A stretch of DNA of 64,000 nucleotides from Heterodontus francisci (lineage: Eukaryota): the NCBI RefSeq assembly GCF_036365525.1, contig NC_090390.1, positions 55,720,153 through 55,784,152 of the forward strand, in the 5' to 3' direction. Made by a program: the position numbers and the translations under genes. Shown piece after piece: positions 1 through 11,779 of the stretch (position 1 is the first letter of the stretch; the number at the start of each line of letters is the position of its first letter). The notes below the pieces were generated by a model, which was not told the origin of the DNA, made no database searches, and saw nothing but the letters and a program-made list of their open reading frames with translations.

Positions 1-578
1 CTTACACGAAGCCCAAACATAAACAAAGCCTAGTGTTAACTCTAACCTAAGGCTTAATTTAGTCCAAACGCTAGTGCTCAATCTAAGGTTGAGGCAAGGA
101 TCCACTGAACTTGTGGTTGCCCAAAGTTCTGCTCTCAGACAGAACAATGGATATATTGAGGAAGGGCCCAGCAGGGGCATGCTAGTGGTAGGAATGGCTG
201 CAAAAGCTGTCTTGCAAGGTGAATTCACACGCAGCCCATCAATTACCCTTTTGCAACAGACAATTGATGTGCAAGGAAACTAGCAGGGTCAGTCAGCCAC
301 AATAGCATTGAATGTGGCTGACTCAGATGCAGGGCCATTCCAGTGCAGTCCTTAAGGAACTTTAGTGCCTCCCGAATCCCAGCAGGATATCAGTGAATTC
401 TTGCAGCTAGCCAGCACAATTCCTCCTTCCATAACTGAGTCATTCAAAAAGAAAAATTGTAAGTTAGCCATCAGGTCAGCAAGAAACTATAAGCACAAAG
501 GGGAAAGACTATCAATAGATAAAGTTAACAACATTCACACATGACACAGTGGGTTAAATAAATACACTGCACTTGATT

Positions 579-2409
579 TGAACACACTTAACAAATTCTT
601 CCCCATCTGATCCCTTAGCACTAAGGCAGTCCCAGTCATTATTAGGGAAGTTAAAATCACCTACTATTACAACCCTATAATTCCTACACCTATCTGTGAT
701 TTCCCTACATATATGCTCCTCCACTTCCCTCTGACTATTGGGGGGCCTATAGTATAATCCCATCAAAGTGATCACCCCTTTCTTATTTCTAAGTTCTACC
801 CAAATGGCCTCGCTGGACATTCCCCCCGGGATGTCCTCTCTAAGTACTGCCGTGATGTTCTCCCTAATCAATAGTACACTTCCCCTCCTCTCTTACTTCC
901 ACCTCTGTCACGCCGGAAGGATTGGTACCCCGCAACATTGAGCTGCCAGTCCTGCACATCCCTCAACCATGTTTCCGTAATAGCTATAATATCACAATCC
1001 CATGTACCGATCCATGCTCTGAGTTCATCTGCCTTACCTGTAAGGCTTCTTGCATTAAAGTAAATGCAGTTTAGCCTACCAGACCTTCCACGCTCCCTGT
1101 CCTGCCCCTGCCCGGCCTGCCTGCTGGACTTGCTTGGTTTAACCTCTACGTTTGCCTCAATTATCTCATCGGAGAGACTACTACTTTGGGTCCCATCCCC
1201 CTGCAAGACTAGTTTAAACACTCCCGAGTAATACTAGCAAATCTCCCCACAAGGATATTGGTCCCCCTCCAGTTTAGATGCAACCCGTCCTTCTTGTACA
1301 GGTCACCTCTGCACCAGAATAGATCCCAATGATCCAAGTAGCTCAAGCCCTCACGCCTACACCAGCCACGCATTCATTTGCCTAATCCTCCTATTTCTAC
1401 CCTCACTAGCACGTGGCACAGGGAGTAATCCTGAGATTACAACCCTAGAGGTCTTGCTTTTTAACCTTCTGCCTAACTCCCTATATTCACTTTTCAGGAC
1501 TTCATCTCTCTTCCTGCCTATGTCGTTAGTACCAATATGGACCACGACCTCTGGCTGCTCACCCTCCCCTTTCAGAATGTTCTGCAACCGCTCCGAGACA
1601 TACTTGACCCCAACACCAAGGAGGCAACTTAACATCCTGGAGTTTCGTTTGTGGCCACAGAAACGCCTATCTGCACCCCTTACAATATTATCCCCTATCA
1701 CTATAGCTCTTCCAACCCTTTTCCTCCTCTGCTGTGCAGCAGAGCCCTCCGAGGTGCCACGAACTTGGCTGTTGCTGCTTTCCCCTGGGAGGTCATACCC
1801 CAACAGTATCCAAAACGGTATATCTGTTTGAGAGGGGAATGGCCACAAGGGACTCCTGCACTACCTGCCTGTGCCTACTGCTCCGTCTGGTGGTCACCTA
1901 TCTCTTTTCTGCCTGTGCAGCCATTACCTGCGGTGTGACCACCTCTCTAAACGTGCTATCCACGACTTCCTCAGCATTGCAGATGCTCCACAGTGAATCC
2001 ACCCGCAGCTCCAGCTCCGTAATGCGGGTAGCCAGTAGCTGCAGATGGATACACTTCCTGCACACATGGTCTTCAGGGACACTGGAAGCGTCCCTTATTT
2101 CCCACATAGCGCAGGAGGAGCATATCATGGGGCTGAGCTCTCCTGCCATGACTTACCCTTAGGTTAATTAGTTGCTCTCTTCATTTAAAAATGCTAATTA
2201 TACTAGGGGCCTTGTTGTACCCAGTTCAATCTAAAGTCCTTAAAAAAAAACTTTAGTAGTTCTCACCTTATCACCAGAGATATTTTTTTCAAAAAAAAAC
2301 CCAACTTTCCCCTTCAACCAATCACCTCTGACGTCACTGTTTGCCTTTTCTTTTTCAAAACTCCGGTGCACTGGAAGAGCTCCGGTCCTCTCCGCTCCGC
2401 TCCCGGAAG
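579..2409 (-). mobile_element. CR1 LINE, 5' half only (5'UTR, ORF1 Zn-finger/coiled-coil plus SGNH esterase, APE N-terminus of ORF2); 3'-truncated
   Basis: ORF fragments 1898-2149 (CSSC...CRKC then leucine-rich helix), 1357-1848 (IVIGDNIV, HIGTND) and 554-1221 (YFNARSL, AITETWL, YYRPPN, VGDFN). Colinear in reverse with 10366-12258. Confidence 0.95.
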
Positions 2410-2694
2410 GTAAAAGTTTTTAAAGTCATGAGTTTATTCCAATGTTGTGAGATATAACCCTTGTTCTTTCTTTAATTGATTACTCATACTAACTAAAATG
2501 AAAGGACAATTAAACAAAAACATTCAAAAGGATAGTGAGATATAACCACAGCTTAGTCAGGAATGCTGAAATTGGAGCAGTACACAACTAAATCAATCAT
2601 TTCTCTTTTCTAAGCTCTGTAACATGGTTAAGAAAACATGATAGAACCTGGCAAACAGTAAATCCAAGCAAACTTAGCATCATAAATGTAATAC

Positions 2695-5230
2695 GGTGGC
2701 ATAGTGGTATTGTTACTGGACTATTAAACCAGAGACCCAGGGTATTGCTCTGAGGACATGGGTTCAAATCCCACCACAGCAGAAGGTGGAATTTGAATTG
2801 AATTAATAAATCTCGAATTAAAACCAAGTCTAATGATGGCCATGAAACCATTGTCGATTGTTGTAAAAATCAATCTGGTTCACAAGGGAAGGAAATCTGC
2901 TGTCCTAACCTGGTCTAGATTTGATTCCAGACCCACAGCAATGTGGTTGACTCTTACATGCCCTCTGAAATGGCCTAGTAAACCACTCAGTTGTACCTAA
3001 CTGTGACCAAGCCAATAAAGAATGAAACCGGCCGGAGCACCCGACATCGACCTAGGTATCGGAAACGACAACGGCAAACCCAGCCCTGTTGACCCTGCAA
3101 AGTCCTCCTTACTAACATCTGGGGGCTTGTGCCAAAGTCGGGAGAGTTGTCCCAAACACTTGTCAACTACAATCTGTAACCTCATGGCCTGGCATATTCC
3201 CCACTCTACCATTACCATCAGGCCGTGAGACCAACCCTGGTTCAATGAAGAGTGCAGGAGGGCATGCCAGGATCAGCACCAGGCAGACTTCAAAATGAGG
3301 TGTCAACCTGGTGAAGCTACAAGCCAGGACTACTTGCATGCCAAACTGCGTAAGCAGCATGGGATAGACAGAGCTAAATGATCCCATAACCAATGGATCA
3401 GACCTAAGATCTGCAGTCCTGCCACATCCAGTCGTGAATGGTGGTGCACAATGAAACAGCTAACTGGAGGAGGTCACTCCGTAAATATGCCCATCTGTAA
3501 TGAGGGGGGAGCCCAGCACATCAGTGCAAAAGGCAAGGCTGAAGCATTTGCAACCATCTTTAGACAGAGGTCCCGAGTTGACGATCCATCTCGGTCTCCT
3601 CCTGAAGTCCCCAACATCACAGATGCCAGTCTTCAGCCAATTCTATTCACTTCGCGTGATATCAAGGAACGACTGAAGGCATTGGATACTGCAAAGGCTA
3701 TGGGCCCTGACAACATTCCGGCAATAGTACTGACAACCTGTGCTCCAGAACTTGCCGCAGCCCTAGGCAAGCTGTTCCAGTACAGCTACAACATTGGTAT
3801 CTATCCTACAATGTGGAAAATTGTCCAGGTATAGCCTGTACACAACAAGCAGGATAAGTCCAACCCGGCCAATTACCACCTCATCAGTCTACGCTCAATC
3901 ATCAGTAAAGTGATGGAAGGTATCGTCGACAGTGCTATCAAACGACACTTGCTTAGCAATAACCTGCTCAGTGACTCTCAGTTTGGATTCCGCCATGGGC
4001 ACTCAGCTCCTGACCTCATTACAGCCTTAGTTCAAACATGGACAAAAGAGCTGAACTCAAGAGATCCAGTGAGAGTGACTGCCCTTGACATCAAGGCAGC
4101 ATTTGACCGAGTAAGGCATCAAGGAGCCTTAGCAAAACTGAAGTCAATTGGAATCGGGGGGAAAACTCTCCACTGGTTGGAGTAATACCTAGCGCAAAGA
4201 AAGATGGTTGTGGTTGTTGGAGGTCAATCATCTGAGCTCCAGGACATCACTGCGGGAGCTCCTCAGGGTAGTGTCCGAGGCCCAACAATCTTCAGCTGCT
4301 TCACCAATGACCTGCCTTCAATCATAAGGTCAGAAGTGGGGATGTTCGCTGATGATTGCACAATGTTCAGCACCATTCGTGACTCCTCAGATCCTGAAGC
4401 AGTCCGTGTAGAAATGCAGCAAGACCTGGACAATATCCAGGCTTGGGCTGATAAGTGGCAAGCAACATTTGTGCCACACAAGTGCCGGGCAATGACCGTC
4501 TCCAACAAGAGAGAATCTAACCATCTCCCCTTGACAGTCAATGGCATTACTATTGCTGAATCCCCCACTATCAACATCCGAGAGGTTACCATTGACCAGA
4601 AACTGAACTGACAGTACCGTGGCTACAAGAGGAGGTCAGAGGATAGGAGTCCTGCGGTGAGTAACCCACCTCCTGACTCCCCAAATCCTGTCCACCATCT
4701 ACAAGGGACAAGTCAGGAGCATGATGGAATACTCTCCATTTGCTTGGATAGGTGCAGCTCCGACAACACTCAAGAAGCTCAACACTATCCAGGACAAGGC
4801 AGCCCACTTGATTGTCACCCCATCCACAAACATTCACTCCCTCCACCACCGACGCACAGTGGCAGCAGTGTGTACCATCTACAAGATGCACTGTAGCAAT
4901 GCACCAGGGCACCTTAGACAGCACCTTCCAATCCCGCAACCTCTACCTCCTAGAAGGACAAGGGCAGCAAATGGTTGGGAACACCATCACCTGCAAGTTC
5001 CCCTCCAAGCCACACACCACCCTGACTTGGAACTATATCGCCGTTCCTCAACTGTCGCTCGGTCAAAATCCTGGAACTCCCTTCCTAACAGCTCTGCGGG
5101 GGTCCCTACTCCACATGGACTACAGCGCTTCAAGACAGCTCACCACCACCACCTCAAGGGCAATTAGGGATGGGCAATAAATGCTGGCCTAGCCAGCGAT
5201 GCCCACATCCCATGAATGAATTAAAAAAAA
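2695..5230 (+). mobile_element. CR1-group non-LTR retrotransposon with a tRNA-derived 5' head, no ORF1, internal deletion of most of the APE domain; degraded RT ORF
   Basis: A box TGGCATAGTGG 2697-2707 and B box GGTTCAAATCC 2761-2771. APE start KVLLTNIWGL at ~3099. RT motifs ALDIKAAFDRV, GAPQGSVRGP, MFADD in ORFs 3451-4611. C-terminus to 5167, then tail ...CATGAATGAATT(A)n. Confidence 0.92.
2697..2771 (+). promoter_or_regulatory. Type 2 Pol III internal promoter (A box and B box) at the head of the LINE
   Basis: Matches to TRGCNNAGYGG and GGTTCRANTCC consensus, 53 nt apart. Confidence 0.8.
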
Positions 5231-5299
5231 TATATAGATTGTGCAAAATGCAACACTTCTCTTGTTGCAGTCCACGAGACTGAGGCCTTAAAGTACAGC

Positions 5300-6480
5300 T
5301 CCTTAGTGCCTGGGTTTCTATGTCAAAAGTGCTGTTTCAGCTACAAAATAGCATCCACACCATGTATGCACACTGCTGGTGCGAGCCGCTCCGGATGCTA
5401 TTTTGGTGAGGGAGTTAGTGTGCTTGCAGTCAATGGCACCCTGTAAATCAGAAGAGATTGTAGGATGAGGGGGAAATGCGATGGGAGAAGGAGGAATAGG
5501 TGGGAGGATACTGCCATCTTCTATGGTTTCAGCCCTGCCAATGATGGCAAGCACCGTCTCATACATGGGGGTGAGGCTATGCAGCAAGCCTGTTCTCTGT
5601 TGGTTAAGTACTGCTGCCTCTGGGTATATGCTACCTTCTGCTGCAAGGAAGAGGGAAGTGTGTCAGTGAGTGTCGCGCAATGTGTTTAGTTGATCTGACT
5701 CTCATGGACTCTGGCAGTGTGTTCCGGGTGAAATGTGGGTGTCAGGCTTGCAGCAGTGTAAAGTGTCTGAGGGTGAGGTGAAGCTCTGAATGTTATGTAT
5801 GAGTTGTGATTGATAGAGACTGTTCGTGATGGCGTTGTGGTGCATTGAGCCGTGGCTGAGGCTAGTGCTGCAGTTGGTGAAATGCAACATTTGAAGATAT
5901 ATTCACTGATGTTGACAACTCATGAGATCATTGAACTTTTTGCAGCACTTTATTCAGGTCCTTGGAGCTTGGTCATTGTCATTGGCAGCCATGACTATCT
6001 TGTCCCATGTCTTTGCAACATTTTCTGGAGGGTCTCCTGGCCCTCTGTAGATAGATCACATCTCTCCTCCTCTTCACCTTCACCACCAGGGCATCCAATG
6101 CTGTGTCACAGAACCTTGGAACATACTTTTTCCCCTGTTACATGATAGGTCTCTCTTATACCTGCTCACAGTCTCTTCCACAAAGAGTTCCAGCAACTCT
6201 ATAACACTCGAGCCAGAATGCACCTTCCCTTTAAAAGGTGCAGGCTAGCTTTAAGTAGTGCAGGCAAACTTTAAGTGATGCTAGCCTCACACAAACTTGG
6301 GCCCCCTACTGAGGAATGAAGCCATTCAACAGCATGTTTTGCGAAGGCTGCATGCAGTAGTTACGCAAATAAACAGGCAGCACGAGGTTAGCATGCCGCC
6401 TGCATCAGAAGCAATGGGCATGGGTACGACGCACATCACGATTCCCATGACCGTCTTATGGGACTATCGAATTTTCCCCC
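5300..6480 (-). mobile_element. Harbinger-derived element carrying a degraded, spliced Myb/SANT (MSANTD/NAIF1-like) gene
   Basis: Minus-strand 6143-5895 reads PRFCDTALDALVVKVKRRRDVIY...WDKIV...CCKKFNDL. A second exon follows a TTCCTTGCAG acceptor (~5640-5500, QKVAYTQRQQ...LTPMYETVLAIIG). End GGGGGAAAATTCG at 6480 is flanked by TTA. Left boundary uncertain. Confidence 0.7.
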
Positions 6481-7237
6481 TTATTTTCTGTACTTGTGAA
6501 TTATATGGCCTACGTTGGCTTCTTATCTCTTCGTATTAGGATGTTATCAAATCATTGGTCATTTTCTTGTATTCATTAAGGCAAAAGGTATGAGATTTCT
6601 TTTGAACAGTAACTAAGACTCACTGGCTTCAACTTTTTGGTGGCATGAGGCAAATTGGACCAGACATTTGCTGAGAGATACACTCTGTTATTCCCCACCC
6701 CCACCTTTTTAAAGAGTGGGAGCAGGAACATTAAATGCATTTTAATTTTAATGTTCTCTGTATAGTTACTAGTGGATCTCCTGTGGTGTACTTGCAGACT
6801 GAAGAGATGAATGGGCTCTACGTCACTCTACCAATGAGAAAGAAAAGTGACACTGCAGACACTTAGGTTGGTCAACTAAAAATGGTTTAGTTATTTGCTC
6901 AAGTTCTCATTTGAAACAAATAAACTTACTATTTGACCGTGAATAGCCTATGCATGTGATACAAAATGTTGCCACCAGACTAGTGTAAACAAAAAAAGTG
7001 AATAGAGATCTCAACAGATGAATCTGGCAAATAATTTAATATCTCTTGGTGCATAAAATGACCTGAGGCCTTTATTAAACCCTCAGGGACTGCACTCAGT
7101 TCAAGTCACTACAATTGAATTATATGCAGTGCCTATGGCACAACTGAAAGTTTAAATTGGCACTGCACTAAAGAACAAATGTTACCCTATCTGGCTCCAG
7201 CAAATCAAAAGAGCAAAGTCAACCTCTAGCATTAATA

Positions 7238-9740
7238 GGAACGGGAGCAGAGATCCAAGAGCACAGCAAGAGCGGGACCAGTGACCGAGAGCAAGGGGCG
7301 GCAGGGATAAAAGGAGTGGAAGCAGACAGAGAACAAAAATTAATCAAGGAGTGCTGTCACAGGACAGCAGGTAGGTATTCAGTTAGTGAGTATTACTTTT
7401 TTTGCTCTTTAAGTTAGGGAAGTGATTTAAACTAGGAGCTGGGAAAATATAACTATCACTTTATTAAATCAATAATTTAAAACTAGATAAACCAATTAGT
7501 CAATGAAACTAAAAATATTGAGTGAATGAAAGCCTCAGCTAATTAAACATACAAAACAAGGTTAGATAGGAATAGCAGGGCAGATGGACATAACTGCAGC
7601 ATGTGGGAATTGATGGAGACCAGTGAGATCCCGCATCTGCAGTAGGTGTTTGCAACCCAAGGAAATTGATCTCAGAGATGTTGAGCTGGAGACTGATCTG
7701 CAGATATTGTGACATATCAGGGAGGGAGAGAGTTCTCGGGGCACTTTTGATGTGGTCATACCCCTTAGTTTAGGCAGTAGTTTAGATTTGGTCAGTGGGG
7801 AGGGACAGCAACATGTGATTGTGAGTCAGGCAGGAATGTCATCCCAAAATGCAGTGACAGAGGAGTCTCACCAGGTACAAGGTACTTGTTACCTGATTGG
7901 ATGAGAACAAATATTGGAAGGAGGATGAGAAAATTCACCTCGACATCATAGTAGAGGAGGCCATTCAAGTTGGAGACTAGAAAGGAATGTGGTAATGATA
8001 GGGGATAGTATAGTCATGGGGATAGATACTGTTCTCTGCAGCTGCAATTGTGAGTTCCAAAGGCTATATTTCCTCCCTGGTGCCAAGGTTAAGGATATTT
8101 CCTCCTGGTTAGAGAAGAACTTGGAGTGGGAAAGGGATGATCCAGTTGTCATGGCCCATGTAGTAACCAGCCATGTAGATAGAACTAGGAATGAGGCTCT
8201 GCTGAGGGAATTTGAGGATCTAGGGTACAAATTAAAAAGCAGAACCTCAAAGATAATAATCTCTTCATTACTACCTGAGCCATGTGCAAATTAGCATACG
8301 GTCAATAAAATCAGAGAGTTGAAATTGCAGCTCAAAGAATGGCGTGTGAGCCAGAGGTTCCAATTCTTGGGGCACTGACACCAGTACTGGGGAAAAAAGG
8401 AACTGTTCCATTGGGATAGGCTCCACCTAAACAGGACTGGGACCAGTGTCCTCGTAAATTGAATGATGCAGACTATAGATAGGATTTTAAAAGGTTGGGG
8501 TAGGGTGTAGTTCAGGTAAGGTGTAATTTATAAATCTAAAGAGAAAAATCAAAAGCCATAGAGCACTGTAGCAATTTGGGTAAAGAAAGCAGTTTGTAAC
8601 AGGAAGGGACAAAAAGTTTAAGAGTATGAGTGCATCAGTGAATAAGGTCAGATCAGGGAGAAATGATAAACAGTCAAAATTCAAAGCGCTTTATCTGATA
8701 AATGGGTTTGATCTAATAACCATTTCAGAGATGTGGTTGCAGGGTGACCACAGCTGGGAACAAAATATTCCAGGGTACTTGGCATTTTGAAGAGACAGAC
8801 AAAATAGAAGAGGTCGGAGTGGGTCTTGTGGAAATAACCCTGATAAAGGATGGCATGAGGACAATGGTAAGGAAGGAACTCAGCTCGGAAGACCAGGCTG
8901 TAAAATCAGTATGGGTGGAGATTAGGAATAACAAGTGGCAGAAGAGACTGATGGTAGTAGTTTATAGGCCCCCTTAACAGTAGCTATACAGTTGAGCAGA
9001 GGATTAACCAAGAAATAAGAGGAGCTCATAACAAAGGTAATGCAATAATCATGGGGAGTTTAATCTTTATATAGACCAGACAAATAAATTTGGCTAAAGT
9101 AGTTTGGAGGACGAGCTCTTGGAATGCATTTGAGACAGTTTCCTAGAACAATACATCATGGATTGTAATGCGACAGGGTTAATTTGTAATCTTATAGTAA
9201 GGGATCCTCTGTGATAGAGTGATCATAATGTGATAGAATTCCACATTGAGTTTGAGAGTGACGCACTTAAACCCAAAACTAGAGCCTTAAACTTAAATAA
9301 AGCCAATTACATAGGTATGGGAGTGAGTTAGAAACATAGGAACATAGAGCAGGAATAGGCCAGCCGGCCCCACAAGCCTGCTCCGCCATTCAACTAGATC
9401 ATGGCTGATCTTCTACCTCAATGCCAGTTAGCTAAGGTAGATTGGGAAATTAAATTTAAAGGTATGACGGTAGATAGTGAACATTAAAAGTAATATTTCA
9501 TAATTCTCAACAAATATACATTCCATTGAGAAATAAAATCTTCATTAGAAAGGTGAACCATCTGTGGCTAACTAAAGAGGTTAAGGATAATATTAGATTA
9601 AGAAGAGGCTTATAATGTTGCTATGAAGAGTAGTAAACCTGAGGATTGGAGAGTTTTAGAAACCAGCAAAGAATGACCAAAAATTGATGAAGAGGGAGAA
9701 AATAGAATGAGAGAAAGCGAGTAAAAAATATGAAAACAAA
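7238..9740 (+). mobile_element. Older CR1 LINE, 5' part (5'UTR, ORF1 esterase, ORF2 APE), heavily degraded and 3'-truncated
   Basis: ORF 7989-8294 (MIGDSIV...FLPGAKVKDI) and ORF 8744-8977 (SVWVEIRN...VVYRPP). Confidence 0.85.
9332..9425 (-). mobile_element. Very short 5'-truncated CR1 3' end inserted in the older CR1
   Basis: Reverse-strand CR1 3' tail with (TTCCTATG)-like repeats. 6-bp TSD AGTTAG at 9326-9331 and 9426-9431. Confidence 0.8.
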
Positions 9741-9749
9741 TTTGCTCAC

Positions 9750-10265
9750 CATTTCTCAGTTTGAGTTCTACCAGGGCCTCTCATCTCCAGACCTTATTAC
9801 AACCTTGGTCCATACATGGACAGAAGAGCTGAATTGAAAAGGTGACATGAGAGTGATTGCTCTTGAGATCAAGGCAGCATTTGACTAAGTGTGGCATCAA
9901 AGAGCCCCAGCAAAATTGAAGTCAATGGGAATTAGTGGGAGAACTCTCCAGCGGTTGGAGTCATACCCATCACCAAGGAAGATAGTTGTGGTTTTTGGAG
10001 GCCAATCATCTCAGTCCCAGCTCATTGCTGCCGGAGTTCCTCAGGGTAGTGACTAGACCTAGTCATCTTCATCAATAACCTTCCCTCCATCATAAGGTCA
10101 GAGGTGGAGACATTCACTGATGATTGCACTGTGTTCAGTACCATTCACAACTTTTCAGATATTTAAGCATACATCAAGACTTGGATAACATTTAGGTTTG
10201 TGCTGATAAGTGGCAAATAACATTAGTGTTACAAAAGTGCTAGGCGATGGCCATCCCCAACAACA
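9750..10265 (+). mobile_element. RT fragment of the tRNA-headed CR1-group LINE family
   Basis: Colinear with 3970-4505 (ALEIKAAFD, GVPQG). Confidence 0.85.
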
Positions 10266-10694
10266 TTCTGGGAGTAGAGCAGAGAGGACCAGAGCGGACC
10301 TGTGGGGAGAACGCTGGGAGAGGAGCCTATAAATCAACCCCGAGGATAGAGGCCCAGTCTCTCACCTTCCGGAGCGGAGAGGACCGGAGCGGACCTGTGG
10401 GGAGAACGCCGGGAGCGGAGAGGAGATCTTCCAGTGCGCCGGATTTTTGAAAAAAAAAGGGCAAACAGTGATGTCAGAGGAGAGCTGCAAGGTGATTGGT
10501 TGGTGAGTAGCAGCTGTTAGAATATCTTTAAAAAAAGGGGAAATTTTTTTTTGTTGGAAAAAAAAATCTCTGTGATAAGGTTTCTACTAAAGTTTTTTTT
10601 TAAGGACTTTAGATTGAACTGGGTAGAACAAGGCCCCTAGTATAATTAGCATTTTTTAATGAAGAGAGCAACTAATTAACCTAAAGGGTAAGTC

Positions 10695-11645
10695 ATGGCA
10701 GGAGCGCTCAGCCCCGTGATATGCTCCTCCTGTGCTATGTGGGAAATCAGGGACGCTTCCAGTGTCCCCGACGACCATGTGTGCAGGAAGTGTATCCATC
10801 TGCAGCTACTGGCTACCCGCAATATGGAGCTGGAGCTGCGGGTGGATTCATTGTGGAGCATCTGCAATGCTGAGGAAGTCATGGATAGCACGTTTAGTGA
10901 GGTGGTCACATCGCAGGTAATGGCTGCACAGGCAGAAAAGGGATAGGTGACCACCAGACAGAGTAGTAGGCGCAGGCAGGTAGTGCAGGAGTCCCTTGTG
11001 GCCATTCCCCTCTCAAACAAATATACCGCTTTGGATACTGTTGGGGGGATGACCTCCCAGGGGAAAGCAGCAACAGCCAAGTTCGTGGCACCTCGGAGGG
11101 CTCTGCTGCACAGCAGGGGAGGAAAAGGGTTGGAAGAACTATAGTGATAGGGGATTCTATCGTAAGGGAGGCAGATATGTGTTTCTGTGGCCACAAATGA
11201 GACTCCAGGATGGTAAGTTGCCTCCCTGGTGCTGGGGTCAAGGATGTCTCGGAGCGGCTGCAGAACATTCTGAAAGGGGAGGGTGAGCAGCCAGAGGTCG
11301 TGGTCCATATTGGTACTAATGACATAGGCAGGAAGAGAGATGAGGTCCTGCAAAGTGAATATAGGGAGTTAGGCAGAAGGTTAAAAAGCAGGACCTCTAG
11401 GGTTGTAAATCTCAGGATTACTCCCTGTGTCACGTGCTAGTGAGGGTAGGAATAGAAGGATTAGGCAAATGAATGCGTGGCTGAAGAGCTGGTGTAGGCG
11501 TGAGGGCTTGAGCTACTTGGATCATTGGGATCTATTCTGGTGCAGAGGTGACCTGTACAAGAAGGACGGGTTGCATCTAAACTGGAGGGGGACCGATATC
11601 CTTGTGGGGAGATTTGCTAGTATTACTCGGGAGTGTTTAAACTAG
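10695..11645 (+). pseudogene. CR1 ORF1 (Zn-finger/leucine zipper plus SGNH esterase), disrupted
   Basis: In-frame TAG at 10944 and frameshifts. Motifs CSSC..CRKC, GDSIV, GTND, DGLH. Confidence 0.9.
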
Positions 11646-11779
11646 TCTTGCAGGGGGGTGGGACCCAAAGTAGTAGTCTCTCAGATGAGATAGTTGAGGC
11701 AAATGTAGAGGTTAAACCAAGTAAGTCCAGCAGGCAGGCCGGGCAGGGGCAGGACAGGGAGCGTGGAAGGTCTGGTAGG

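Noticed and set aside
2695-2780. tRNA gene call for the A/B-box segments (also 26140-26225, 27310-27387, 53270-53357, 61680-61751)
   Set aside because: No complete cloverleaf or downstream terminator; these are retroelement heads.
10676-11433. Long antisense ORFs (225 and 175 aa) over CR1 ORF1, mirrored at 1454-2162
   Set aside because: Antisense shadows of the TE coding strand; their recurrence reflects the repeat copies.
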